Shown: positions 55,315-63,727 of the stretch, one piece after another
How the letters are laid out: each line of letters opens with the position of its first letter
Position numbering within the stretch: position 1 is the stretch's first letter
Notes under the pieces: generated by a model
Database searches by the model: none
What the model was told of the DNA's origin: nothing
Seen by the model: only the letters and a program-made list of their open reading frames with translations
Made by a program: the position numbers and the translations under genes
Source of the DNA: Shigella phage Tf
Sequence record: OR980947
Reading direction: 5' to 3' (one strand)
DNA: 64,000 bases

Positions 55315-55987
55315 TGAAGTATTGTGTCATGCTTATGACTTGCATCCTCATGAGTTAGGTCTTGATTCCTGTGTATGGACTCCAGAACAGTGCAGGGATT
55401 TTGAAGACACTGCAAGAGAAGTTGTATGTTCACTTGAAGAGTTCCACACTTCAGAACCAGTTGTGAACGTTGTGGATAAAGAGACGGGGCAATCTATAGG
55501 TGTAAGACGTGACAGTTTAGTCATAGTCAATAAAGACCTTGTAGAAAAAGGTAACCTCATCTTAGCAGATATTGATGGTGTTCTTACAAATTTTAATCAC
55601 GAAGATTGCTCAACGGAACTGATTGATGGTTCATTTTCACAGTACACTAATTTGCTTGACTCTGTAAGTGCAAAACCAACGTATGTTTTCAATATTATTG
55701 ACGCAATCTCTAATCATGCTACTATTGGACTCTTGACAGCGAGGGGTGAATCTCAGAGAATACCTACTGAGATGTTTTTAAGGCATTACATAGAGCATGA
55801 TTACATGCTTTTTATGCGTGGTTTTGGAACTAACTCTATAAGTGCAGAAAGTTTAAAGGTTAGGATGATTCAGTCTTGCATTCTTCCTTATTTTAATATA
55901 GTATGCTTTATAGAAGATACAGAGAAGAATGTTCAGAAGGTAAACAGAATCCTTCCACACATCAAAACCATGTTAGTTAAACATTGA
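55292..55987 (+). CDS. HAD-superfamily phosphatase-like protein (possible nucleotidase)
   Basis: HAD motif I DIDGVLT, motif II GLLTARG, downstream acidic motif; Cys-rich N-terminal extension. Confidence 0.45.
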   Translation: MKKLRKSDEVLCHAYDLHPHELGLDSCVWTPEQCRDFEDTAREVVCSLEEFHTSEPVVNVVDKETGQSIGVRRDSLVIVNKDLVEKGNLILADIDGVLTNFNHEDCSTELIDGSFSQYTNLLDSVSAKPTYVFNIIDAISNHATIGLLTARGESQRIPTEMFLRHYIEHDYMLFMRGFGTNSISAESLKVRMIQSCILPYFNIVCFIEDTEKNVQKVNRILPHIKTMLVKH

Positions 55988-55997
55988 GAGAAAACTT

Positions 55998-56462
55998 ATG
56001 AACAATATCATTACGGTAGCACTGGACGTTACGGCAAACAAATCTGAAGTGGTTCGTAACATTATCAAGAACAACTTCGAGGGTAAAATCTTTCGTGCTG
56101 TCAATGTAAAAGCAGATGGTAACATTCGGGAGTATCGTGCTCTTTTGAATGTTAAGAAACACGTAAAAGGTTCTGGCTCAACGACAGCACACAAAGAAAA
56201 CCTGATGACTATCTATGATATGGGGATGGCTTCAGAGTTAGGTGCTGAAGGTATCGTTAAAGAAGGTGCTCCGTATCGCTCTTTCAATCTGGAAACTGCT
56301 CTTATGCTTTCCTTTACAAGTGGTTCTAAAACAACTACTTATCTCTTTACTGATGCTGCAACGGTATCTGCTATTAAGGATAGCACTGTCAAAGCTGGGG
56401 TAGCTGCTGCTGCAAAAGCTTCTTCGATGGCTGCGAATATCCTTGCTAAAGTCCTCGGTTAA
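55998..56462 (+). CDS. hypothetical protein
   Basis: 154 aa ORF followed by strong terminator. Confidence 0.3.
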   Translation: MNNIITVALDVTANKSEVVRNIIKNNFEGKIFRAVNVKADGNIREYRALLNVKKHVKGSGSTTAHKENLMTIYDMGMASELGAEGIVKEGAPYRSFNLETALMLSFTSGSKTTTYLFTDAATVSAIKDSTVKAGVAAAAKASSMAANILAKVLG

Positions 56463-56473
56463 GGTTAAGATAC

Positions 56474-56496
56474 AGGCTCCTTCGGGAGCCTTTTTA
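56474..56496 (+). terminator. rho-independent terminator (UUCG tetraloop)
   Basis: ggctcc ttcg ggagcc followed by ttttt; identical to the hairpin at 58229. Confidence 0.65.
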
Positions 56497-56513
56497 AATT
56501 TCAAGGAGTATTA

Positions 56514-57398
56514 ATGAAGCCGATGTTCAAATATCTTGGTGGTAAAACAAGAATATTAAAAGAGTATGAGCGTTTAGGTGTCTTTCCAGACAACTGTACA
56601 AACTTCTATGACCTGTTTTCAGGTGGTGGTTCAGTGGCTATCTGGGCTTATAACAGATACCCAGAGGCAAAAGTGTTTATTAATGAGATAAATAAACATA
56701 TTATAGGTCTTTACACAACTTTCAGAGATGACTATGAAAACTTCATGGAAGAATTTGAGTACTTGTCAAAAAGGTACTTAGCCTTACCTATGCAGGAAGA
56801 GTATGCCGTGAAAGGTCAGCGTCATAACCGTCTACGCTATAAAATGTATTACAGTGTAAGAGAGGAACTTCTTTTGCTTGGTGAAGAGGGAGCATATGAC
56901 TACAGATACTATGCCAGACAGTTTTTCCTTCAAAAACTAAGTTTTGGTGGTGTATGGCAGACAACTAAAGAGATGAAAGGTCACTATGCAACACCTTGCG
57001 GGTATTTGCTGGAAGAAGAGATTTTCTTCACAAAAACTAAAGAATCACTATCCGAGTTTTACAGTTTTATCACCGATGAAAGGGTAATACTTAGCAGTGA
57101 ACCTTATGACAGGGTTGACATAGAACATGGAGGAGGTACAGTTATTTACTGTGACCCCCCGTATATCAACACCAACCAGAAATATGGTGCAAAGTTTGAC
57201 ATTGAGATGTCTGTAAAATTATGCGAAGATATGATTTCTTGGGGGGAGTTAGGCTCTAAAGTTTTGATGTCAAACTCTCAGTGGGATGGATGGGCAAAGC
57301 TAATTCCTGAAAATTTTAACTTGACAGAGGTTAGTCATTCATACACAATACATGCACAGAGAAGCAAAGATATTAACGAAGTAATTATTCACAACTAA
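56514..57398 (+). CDS. dam: Dam-family DNA N6-adenine methyltransferase (alpha-class)
   Basis: N-terminal YLGGKTRIL, SAM motif DLFSGGGSV, C-terminal catalytic DPPY. Confidence 0.75.
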   Translation: MKPMFKYLGGKTRILKEYERLGVFPDNCTNFYDLFSGGGSVAIWAYNRYPEAKVFINEINKHIIGLYTTFRDDYENFMEEFEYLSKRYLALPMQEEYAVKGQRHNRLRYKMYYSVREELLLLGEEGAYDYRYYARQFFLQKLSFGGVWQTTKEMKGHYATPCGYLLEEEIFFTKTKESLSEFYSFITDERVILSSEPYDRVDIEHGGGTVIYCDPPYINTNQKYGAKFDIEMSVKLCEDMISWGELGSKVLMSNSQWDGWAKLIPENFNLTEVSHSYTIHAQRSKDINEVIIHN

Positions 57399-57491
57399 GG
57401 TATCAAGTTATGGCAAACAGCATCAATGTAGCACTGAATGGCAAGGTTGTTAAAATTCACACTAAGATTATCAGTGTCGAGGATTTCCTTA

Positions 57492-58223
57492 ATGAAAAAC
57501 GTTACAAAGAAAAACCCTCGTCAACGAAATACACTTAAGCGTCTGAAAAGCAAACACCTTAATGGTGACGTATCACCAGACCAAACAGTAGTCCATGTGG
57601 CTAAGTTCGGTAGTTCACTGTTCATCATTGATGGTCACTCACGTCGAGAGGCGTGGAAAGTTGGTAACCTGACACGACCAGAAAACTTGATTGCAGTTAT
57701 ATACCATGTGAACTCCATATTGGATGTCACAGATTTGTACACTCATTTTGACTCTGAGTTAGCAAGAGAAAAACCCTCAGAAGTTTATTACGGAAATATG
57801 AAGATGATTTCTTTCAACCCAGAGTCAGAACTGATGAAAGCATCTTGGGCAACTGCTATTAAATATGTTGCTGCATACTACGGTGTACAACAAGTATCTA
57901 ACACTGAAACAGTTAAATATCTTAATGACTTTAAAAATGAGCTGGAACAAATTGATTCTCTTGAAGTACAGCTTAAAGGTGTAGTAAACGCAAAACGGAA
58001 ATATTCTTCTGGGATTCGTGCAGCAATGTTAATTACACTACGCCTATATGGTGATGCTGCATTTTCCTTTTGGGAAGACTATAATGACTACTGTGAAGGT
58101 ATGTCTAACAAATATGTTACAGAGGTATACCAACTGGCATTACAAGCTGGTCGCGGAGCACAGGCTGATAAGTTGTTGATGAATCAAGCGATTTCACTTG
58201 TCAACTATTACAGTCAAGAATAA
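57492..58223 (+). CDS. ParB/Srx-like domain protein, paralog B (function unknown)
   Basis: Motif FIIDGHSRREAWKVGNL; paralog of ORF 53602..54441; probable ATG at 57492 (gagga RBS) within tracked ORF 57438..58223; directly downstream of Dam methyltransferase. Confidence 0.35.
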   Translation: MKNVTKKNPRQRNTLKRLKSKHLNGDVSPDQTVVHVAKFGSSLFIIDGHSRREAWKVGNLTRPENLIAVIYHVNSILDVTDLYTHFDSELAREKPSEVYYGNMKMISFNPESELMKASWATAIKYVAAYYGVQQVSNTETVKYLNDFKNELEQIDSLEVQLKGVVNAKRKYSSGIRAAMLITLRLYGDAAFSFWEDYNDYCEGMSNKYVTEVYQLALQAGRGAQADKLLMNQAISLVNYYSQE

Positions 58224-58228
58224 TACAC

Positions 58229-58251
58229 AGGCTCCTTCGGGAGCCTTTTTC
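58229..58251 (+). terminator. rho-independent terminator (UUCG tetraloop)
   Basis: ggctcc ttcg ggagcc followed by ttttt. Confidence 0.65.
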
Positions 58252-58269
58252 ATTTCAGGAGATTGTTAA

Positions 58270-58617
58270 ATGACATTTAAAGAGTTCTGTCAAGCTACTT
58301 TCATAATTGTTTTCTTAGTTGGGACAGGTGTCTGGGGAGGATACTCTTACAGAGACTACCAAGTTGCTGAAACTGAGCTAAATAATGAGAAACTAATAAG
58401 TGTTGCTAAAGATGCTTATCAGGAAGGTTTAGTTACACTGAGCACCAATTACAAAAATGATTTGAAAGATGTGCTTGCTAAGAATAAGCACACAAAAGAG
58501 GTAATAACATATGAAAAGACTAAGCCAGAGTTTTATAATGTTTGTGTTACTGATAATTATGTCAGGGTGTTCAACGAACAAAGTGAGCAGTACATTCAAA
58601 AACTCCCAAGTAAGTGA
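58270..58617 (+). CDS. putative i-spanin (Rz-like)
   Basis: N-terminal TM helix FIIVFLVGTGVWGG then periplasmic charged/coiled region; o-spanin ORF overlaps its 3' end. Confidence 0.45.
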   Translation: MTFKEFCQATFIIVFLVGTGVWGGYSYRDYQVAETELNNEKLISVAKDAYQEGLVTLSTNYKNDLKDVLAKNKHTKEVITYEKTKPEFYNVCVTDNYVRVFNEQSEQYIQKLPSK

Positions 58618-58780
58618 GAGTGATAAGTACACTCAAGAGGAATCAAGATTCACTGTCAAAGGTAATACTGGCAGCGATGTGGCAGCAGCCCTTGAGTTTT
58701 ATCGTGACGGCTTTTACCAGTGCACAATCAAAGCTAATAACCTTATTGACATGATTTTATTAGGAAATAAACAGCAATGA
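58511..58780 (+). CDS. putative o-spanin lipoprotein (Rz1-like), overlapping i-spanin in another frame
   Basis: Lipoprotein signal with lipobox LLIIMSGC; starts inside the i-spanin gene and extends beyond it. Confidence 0.5.
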   Translation: MKRLSQSFIMFVLLIIMSGCSTNKVSSTFKNSQVSESDKYTQEESRFTVKGNTGSDVAAALEFYRDGFYQCTIKANNLIDMILLGNKQQ

Positions 58781-59046
58781 CAGAGAATGAAGACACTTTC
58801 TATGTAGAGGGTTACTTACTGTTGCCACGACCAAAAGAAACTTATATGCGGGTTGATTTCTCACCAACCATTATGGATAATGTGATGTGCCATATCTTTA
58901 TGCAAGGTGTCACAGCACAGCTTAAGCATGTTGGTAAAGAGTGCAAAATAAAGGTTGACACTCATCCAGAAATCAAAGAGAATCACTACACATGGTTCTT
59001 ACCAGACTCTAAAGAAATCTTAGCAGTTCTAAAAACGAGGAAGTAA
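58777..59046 (+). CDS. hypothetical protein
   Basis: 89 aa ORF, start overlaps previous stop. Confidence 0.3.
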   Translation: MTENEDTFYVEGYLLLPRPKETYMRVDFSPTIMDNVMCHIFMQGVTAQLKHVGKECKIKVDTHPEIKENHYTWFLPDSKEILAVLKTRK

Positions 59047-59048
59047 CT

Positions 59049-59375
59049 ATGCAGATTAATGGAAGAGAATTTGTAGCCGTTTACTATGAGAACGAGAAAG
59101 AAGTTGGTGTAGCACAGGTAACCTATGGTAATGGTAAGTGGCTATATGGGACAATTGCAGTAGTCGGAACAAGAAGTGATACAAAAACTTTTAAAGATTG
59201 TGTTGACCTTCTTGAAGAATCCATCCAGAATCATTGGTGTCTGATATGGATGACTGACAACGAAGTGATGGAGCGTTTCAAAAAGATTGGTGTCAACATT
59301 GACAGTATTGAGCATGTTGATTTATATGAGCTAACTGAGATGGTAAACTATGAAAGTAATACTAGCCAGAGATAA
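59049..59375 (+). CDS. hypothetical protein
   Basis: 108 aa ORF. Confidence 0.3.
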   Translation: MQINGREFVAVYYENEKEVGVAQVTYGNGKWLYGTIAVVGTRSDTKTFKDCVDLLEESIQNHWCLIWMTDNEVMERFKKIGVNIDSIEHVDLYELTEMVNYESNTSQR

Positions 59376-59577
59376 AAAGACACGAAAAATTATCCGGTCA
59401 GCAGTACTCATTGGAAGAAATGAAGTGATTCCTTTTACAGCAAATGATGTGATAATCTACAGGAAAAAATTAGCATTCAGTTATTGCTTACGTGGCTTTA
59501 TCTCCCAGCCATTGGAAGACTTTAAAAGTCGTTGTGGTAAAGGTATCATCATTCAAGAGGCAATTATTCATGGCTGA
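59350..59577 (+). CDS. hypothetical protein
   Basis: 75 aa ORF. Confidence 0.25.
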   Translation: MKVILARDKKTRKIIRSAVLIGRNEVIPFTANDVIIYRKKLAFSYCLRGFISQPLEDFKSRCGKGIIIQEAIIHG

Positions 59578-59770
59578 TTTCTGCAAGAAGTGTGCAATAG
59601 AACATTTTGGTGTTGATACAGGGGACTTGAAAGGTCTCTTCACCAAAGAAGAGTTTGAAGCTGGTTCAGCTATGCCAGTAATCTGTGAAGGTTGTGGATG
59701 TATCTGGGTAGACCATGAAGGGCAACGTGTAAAACCTTCAGAAGATAAAGAATCTTGGGAGAGATGTTAA
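59570..59770 (+). CDS. small cysteine-rich (zinc-binding) protein
   Basis: ATG at 59570; CKKC ... CEGCGC cysteine motifs; 66 aa. Confidence 0.3.
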   Translation: MADFCKKCAIEHFGVDTGDLKGLFTKEEFEAGSAMPVICEGCGCIWVDHEGQRVKPSEDKESWERC

Positions 59771-60556
59771 ATGGGTATTGTAAAAATCATCAATGGTGAT
59801 ATCTTTAATGCTTTTGATAAAGGTAAGTTTGACATCATTGGTCACGGTTGTAATTGTATGAATTTAATGGGTGCAGGTATCGCTGACAAGATTTCTAAAC
59901 TTTACCCAAAAGCATATGAGACCGATACAGAAGTTTACCTATATGCAGGTGGCATAGGTCACAAACCCTGTGAAAATTTACTGGGTAATTTCTCTGTAGC
60001 ACGTTTAAAACAAGGTCGTATAGCTAACCTTTACACTCAGCTTAAAACTGGTAAAGATGCCAGATACAGTGCTTTAGAGTCATCTTTGAAGCAGCTTAAC
60101 AGATACTGTGAAGTTAATCAGTTGAAGAAAGTCGGTTTACCTATGATTGGTGCAGGTATCGGTGGGTTGGACCCTCAAGCCGTCACAGTTATCATCAATC
60201 AGGTGATGAAGAGTGTAGATGTTTATCTATATGTCTATGAAGGAGAGATGTACCACAAGTTACGCTCAGGTTGGAAGAACTACTGTGAACCAGAATACTT
60301 TGCAGGTGTAGTTGTGTTCACGGATAATGCAGTTACCCTCTTCAGACGAAGAAAAGGTAAGATACATCAAAGTAACCCTCCGGTTGAAAAGATGTCTCTG
60401 AGTAACGCTCTAGTTACCCACCTGTCGAAGAGCAATCACAGGATTGCAGTAACATTTGGCAGCGATGCAGATACTTACATCTATGCAAGAACTGATGAGG
60501 ATATCGAAGCAATTTTCTCTTCACCAGAAGTTACCTTCTTAGACGCAAAGAACTAA
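59771..60556 (+). CDS. macrodomain protein (ADP-ribose binding/hydrolase family) with C-terminal extension
   Basis: Macro motifs GDIFNAFDKGKFDIIGHGCNCMNLMGAGIADKI and GLPMIGAGIGGLDP. Confidence 0.6.
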   Translation: MGIVKIINGDIFNAFDKGKFDIIGHGCNCMNLMGAGIADKISKLYPKAYETDTEVYLYAGGIGHKPCENLLGNFSVARLKQGRIANLYTQLKTGKDARYSALESSLKQLNRYCEVNQLKKVGLPMIGAGIGGLDPQAVTVIINQVMKSVDVYLYVYEGEMYHKLRSGWKNYCEPEYFAGVVVFTDNAVTLFRRRKGKIHQSNPPVEKMSLSNALVTHLSKSNHRIAVTFGSDADTYIYARTDEDIEAIFSSPEVTFLDAKN

Positions 60557-60586
60557 GAAACTCTGTAGAATATTCACAATAGATTA

Positions 60587-60635
60587 AGCCTTCCTTATCT
60601 GGTAAATTTTTCAGGTAAGGAAGGCTTTTTTATTT
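60587..60635 (+). terminator. rho-independent terminator
   Basis: agccttcctta ... taaggaaggct hairpin followed by ttttttattt. Confidence 0.65.
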
Positions 60636-60639
60636 CAAG

Positions 60640-60825
60640 ATTGTGCAGGTAGAGTTCTGTAGAGAAATCTGTAGAGAAAATTTTGAACTCCAAAGAGAAA
60701 ATTCATTTTCAAACTGTGCAGGTAATCTCCAAAGAGATTTTTCATTTTCAAAACGTGCAGAGAAAAATCAGGTCGGGCAAGAAAAATCATTTTAGAATTG
60801 TGCAGGTAGGTGGGTGCAGGTGGGG
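60640..60825. repeat. iteron-like direct repeat cluster in a ~500-bp noncoding region
   Basis: gtgcag(g) recurs at about 60643, 60715, 60746, 60800, 60814; tandem ctgtagagaaa x2; cattttcaaaac x2. Confidence 0.6.
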
Positions 60826-60984
60826 ATGTCGCCATTTCTCACAAGGCTACCACATCTGAAAAGAAAAGTCAACAGAAAAATTTGTAGCGGATTGAAAAAT
60901 AATTCTTGATTTGTGTTCTGTTTTGTGGTATTCGCGCGCACCCGTTTCATTACATTTTTGCCAAAAATATTTTTAAAATTTTTC

Positions 60985-61013
60985 TTGACTATTCGAACGG
61001 GGTTATCTAGTAT
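60985..61013 (+). promoter_or_regulatory. early promoter (ttgact-N17-tagtat) with conserved leader
   Basis: -35 ttgact, 17-nt spacer, -10 tagtat; leader hairpin ggagagggaatgaccttcccc and shared RBS leader ccttaaactaggagattcaaaaATG. Confidence 0.55.
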
Positions 61014-61077
61014 TTGCATCAACGGAGAGGGAATGACCTTCCCCACTAAATTAACCCTTAAACTAGGAGATTCAAAA

Positions 61078-61266
61078 ATGGTATCAAGAAAAATTAAAGT
61101 TGGCGATGAGGTTAACATTAAGCACGAATACTCTTACAAAATGCTAACTATACGCTCTTATAAGGTTTATCAGGTGGAAGCTATCCACAAAGATAATACT
61201 TTTTCCTTAAAAGGGTATAGCGAACGTTTCCCCGCTGAACTCTTTGAGAAATGGAGCGCGAAATAA
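61078..61266 (+). CDS. small early protein (62 aa)
   Basis: ATG preceded by taggag RBS within conserved leader. Confidence 0.4.
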   Translation: MVSRKIKVGDEVNIKHEYSYKMLTIRSYKVYQVEAIHKDNTFSLKGYSERFPAELFEKWSAK

Positions 61267-61472
61267 TGCTTTACAGTCGTGAATTGATGGTTACAAATAA
61301 CGTTAACACAAATGTAAAACGTTTTTACATGAAAATCTGTGGTGTATGGTCCAGAATATCAGAAGCCGACTATTGCAACTATGTAGAAACGGCAATCAAC
61401 TCTGATTGTTATCTTACAAAGAATACTAAAAAATTTACGAGACAGACAGCAGTTTACTACTACGATATCTAA
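61266..61472 (+). CDS. small early protein (68 aa)
   Basis: ATG overlapping upstream stop (taATG). Confidence 0.3.
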   Translation: MLYSRELMVTNNVNTNVKRFYMKICGVWSRISEADYCNYVETAINSDCYLTKNTKKFTRQTAVYYYDI

Positions 61473-61560
61473 TAAAGTACTTTACAAGGGGCTTATAGTT
61501 CGATAAAGTAAGCCCCAGATAAAGAGCTTTACCACTAAATCCTAAATTGGAGAACTTAAA
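61472..61560 (+). repeat. intergenic repeat cassette type A (hairpin + promoter/RBS leader), copy 1
   Basis: aaagtactttacaaggggcttatagttcgataaagtaagccccagataaagagctttaccactaaatcctaaattggagaac; near-identical at 63129 and 63926, variant at 61816. Confidence 0.6.
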
Positions 61561-61561
61561 A

Positions 61562-61819
61562 ATGGCTATTATCAAAAACGTTGTAATTACTGTAAAGACT
61601 CGTGATGACGCTCGTATCATGGCTAAAAAGTTATGCGGGAAAGTGGTTGACAACGGAAAACAATCTGCTGTAAGGTGGGGCGTGAAGGTTGATAAACAAC
61701 TAACCTTAAAACGCAGTTCAAACAACCTTTTTAAAGGTGTAAAATCACTCGGTAAAGTGAACGTTTTTACCAAAAAAGGCTATAAAATGCACTTATCATT
61801 AACTGGCAATTTAATCTGA
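61562..61819 (+). CDS. small early protein (85 aa)
   Basis: ATG after conserved cassette with ggagaa RBS. Confidence 0.4.
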   Translation: MAIIKNVVITVKTRDDARIMAKKLCGKVVDNGKQSAVRWGVKVDKQLTLKRSSNNLFKGVKSLGKVNVFTKKGYKMHLSLTGNLI

Positions 61820-61908
61820 TAAAGTACTTTACAGGGGGCTTAAAAGCTGATATCTTAAGCCCCAGATAAAGAGCTTTACTAACTAACCTTAAACTAGGAG
61901 ATTCAAAA
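61816..61908 (+). repeat. intergenic repeat cassette type A (variant), copy 2
   Basis: ctgataaagtactttacagggggcttaaaagctgatatcttaagccccagataaagagctttac followed by shared leader ccttaaactaggagattcaaaaATG. Confidence 0.55.
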
Positions 61909-62421
61909 ATGAAAACTGTAGACGCTACCTTTGAAGTTGTAAAAGAAAAATTTTCCATCATTTACGAAGCTGTCAACTGCTACGAACCAAGTCATGCCCT
62001 TGAAGATTGGGAATTTACAGATGACCATCAAGGCGGGGTAACTATAAAAAATCCTAACTATCAACACAATGCATTTAAATATGCAATCCCTTTACATTAC
62101 AGCCTGAAACAGCTTTCGAGTGACTATGCAAAACAAGGCCGGGCAAATCCATCCCGTGAGGCTTATATCAGCTTACAGGAAGAACTGCAAAGGGATTTAG
62201 AAGCTTCAGAATATTACCTATCTGCAAAAGTTGTCGATGCAAACGGGAAAACGGTTTTAGATAGTTTTTCTATTGGTTACGCTTTCGATTGGTGCTATAG
62301 TGACGGCGTCGATTTAGCGGATAGACTAAAAGAGGAAGTGAGCAATTCAGGCGCAGAATCTGAAGTTATGGAACAATTAGAAGCCTTAAAAGATTCAGTG
62401 ATGAATATCTTTAAAAATTAA
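61909..62421 (+). CDS. early protein (170 aa)
   Basis: ATG after shared leader. Confidence 0.4.
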   Translation: MKTVDATFEVVKEKFSIIYEAVNCYEPSHALEDWEFTDDHQGGVTIKNPNYQHNAFKYAIPLHYSLKQLSSDYAKQGRANPSREAYISLQEELQRDLEASEYYLSAKVVDANGKTVLDSFSIGYAFDWCYSDGVDLADRLKEEVSNSGAESEVMEQLEALKDSVMNIFKN

Positions 62422-62437
62422 ATTAAGAGGAAACAGC

Positions 62438-62770
62438 ATGTTAATGATGGGTATCACTGCAATCATTGCCATTGTAGCACTTTATAAGGCATATAAAGCC
62501 TATAATCTGGCAAGTAAGGCAATCACACAACAGGTTAGCAATAGCCTTGTAGAGAGCTTTCTGGAGCGTTTAAGCAATGAGCAATTAAAACGGTTAGAAA
62601 TGAGCTTCAGATTCCAATCAAAAACTTATCAAATCAGCGACATTTTTAAAGAGGATTTTCAGCTTGTCGATGATTATAATTCACTGATAAATGCTTTAAA
62701 TGTCAGTGACTTAAAAGACTACTACGCTGTAATTGTTCAAGAACTGAGCAAACGAAAACAAAATGCTTGA
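62438..62770 (+). CDS. small early protein with N-terminal TM helix (110 aa)
   Basis: Hydrophobic N-terminus MLMMGITAIIAIVALY; stop overlaps next promoter. Confidence 0.35.
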   Translation: MLMMGITAIIAIVALYKAYKAYNLASKAITQQVSNSLVESFLERLSNEQLKRLEMSFRFQSKTYQISDIFKEDFQLVDDYNSLINALNVSDLKDYYAVIVQELSKRKQNA

Positions 62771-62859
62771 CACTGGTTTTTAGATAGATTAAATTACACA
62801 TCAACGGGGAGGGAATGGCCTTCCCACTAAATAAAGTCCTTAAACTAGGAGGTTCTAAA
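62758..62859 (+). repeat. promoter cassette type B, copy 2 (ttgaca-N17-taaatt + leader hairpin)
   Basis: cttgacactggtttttagatagattaaattacacatcaacggggagggaatggccttccc; near-identical to 63624..63727; related to 60981..61077. Confidence 0.6.
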
Positions 62860-63132
62860 ATGTATACTACTAACAACGGTCGCACTTTAAATGCCACACT
62901 ACGTCACTATGTAGATGGTGTCATGCACTTTGAGGATTTACAAGCTGAGCAACACATCTTAGATTGGCAAGTCGCAGGACTCCAAAAAACTGCTACCGGA
63001 TACGGTAAAAAGATTCCAACTAGTTGGAAAGTACACTACGAAGGCCGTTTGCGCAGAATTTATCAGGATGTGCAAAGCAATAGTGCATCGAGTTACATCA
63101 TGGTAAAAGGTAAAAAGCTGCATCTAGTGTAA
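62860..63132 (+). CDS. small early protein (90 aa)
   Basis: ATG after taggag RBS in conserved leader. Confidence 0.4.
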   Translation: MYTTNNGRTLNATLRHYVDGVMHFEDLQAEQHILDWQVAGLQKTATGYGKKIPTSWKVHYEGRLRRIYQDVQSNSASSYIMVKGKKLHLV

Positions 63133-63218
63133 AGTACTTTACAAGGGGCTTATAGTTCGATAAAGTAAGCCCCAGATAAAGAGCTTTACCACTAAATCCT
63201 AAATTGGAGAACTTGAAA
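63129..63218 (+). repeat. intergenic repeat cassette type A, copy 3
   Basis: Near-identical to 61472..61560 including hairpin ggggcttatagttcgataaagtaagcccc. Confidence 0.6.
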
Positions 63219-63623
63219 ATGGCTATTAATAACCGTGAATTATCAATTTTAAAAGCACGTTTGACCGTTAACCGGATTAATGTTATTACGTCATCAGCAC
63301 CAGATGAAACATTGCACAACATTATTGGGAAGATTCAAAGTGTTATCTTAGACGTTGAAAACGTGAAAAACTCATTAACTGACGTTGCAGTAGGTATCAC
63401 GCTAGACGGTGCACAATACGAAATGGCTGACATGTTGGGCAAATCTAAGGTAATGAATAAAGAGCTGGATTTGAAAATGTTTCGTTTTGCCGTGAAAGTA
63501 TGGCTATCCGTCGAATATGATGCTAATTATGCAATCGCTGACTTTTTCGCCACTTGGTTGCAGCGTAATTTGACAAATCACGATTTTCGTAATATCTGCG
63601 ATGCAATCTATTCAGAACTTTAA
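63219..63623 (+). CDS. early protein (134 aa)
   Basis: ATG after conserved cassette. Confidence 0.4.
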   Translation: MAINNRELSILKARLTVNRINVITSSAPDETLHNIIGKIQSVILDVENVKNSLTDVAVGITLDGAQYEMADMLGKSKVMNKELDLKMFRFAVKVWLSVEYDANYAIADFFATWLQRNLTNHDFRNICDAIYSEL

Positions 63624-63727
63624 AAAATTTTCTTGACACTGGTTTTTAGATAGATTAAATTACACATCAACGGGGAGGAAATGACTTCCCCACTAAATAA
63701 AAACCCTTAAACTAGGAGATTCAAAAA
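63624..63727 (+). repeat. promoter cassette type B, copy 3
   Basis: tcttgacactggtttttagatagattaaattacacatcaacggggaggaaatgacttcccc then shared RBS leader. Confidence 0.6.

Noticed and set aside
57410-57547. 45-aa ORF upstream of ParB-like paralog B
   Set aside because: Weak RBS and it overlaps the better-supported start of the paralog at 57492; likely untranslated leader.
60640-60825. CRISPR array
   Set aside because: Repeats are short (7-12 nt), irregularly spaced and lack uniform spacers; no cas genes are present.
60635-61118. Two minus-strand ORFs (60635..60835 and 60792..61118) in the repeat region
   Set aside because: They lie across direct repeats, a terminator and a promoter, are antisense to the local transcription direction, and have no start signals.
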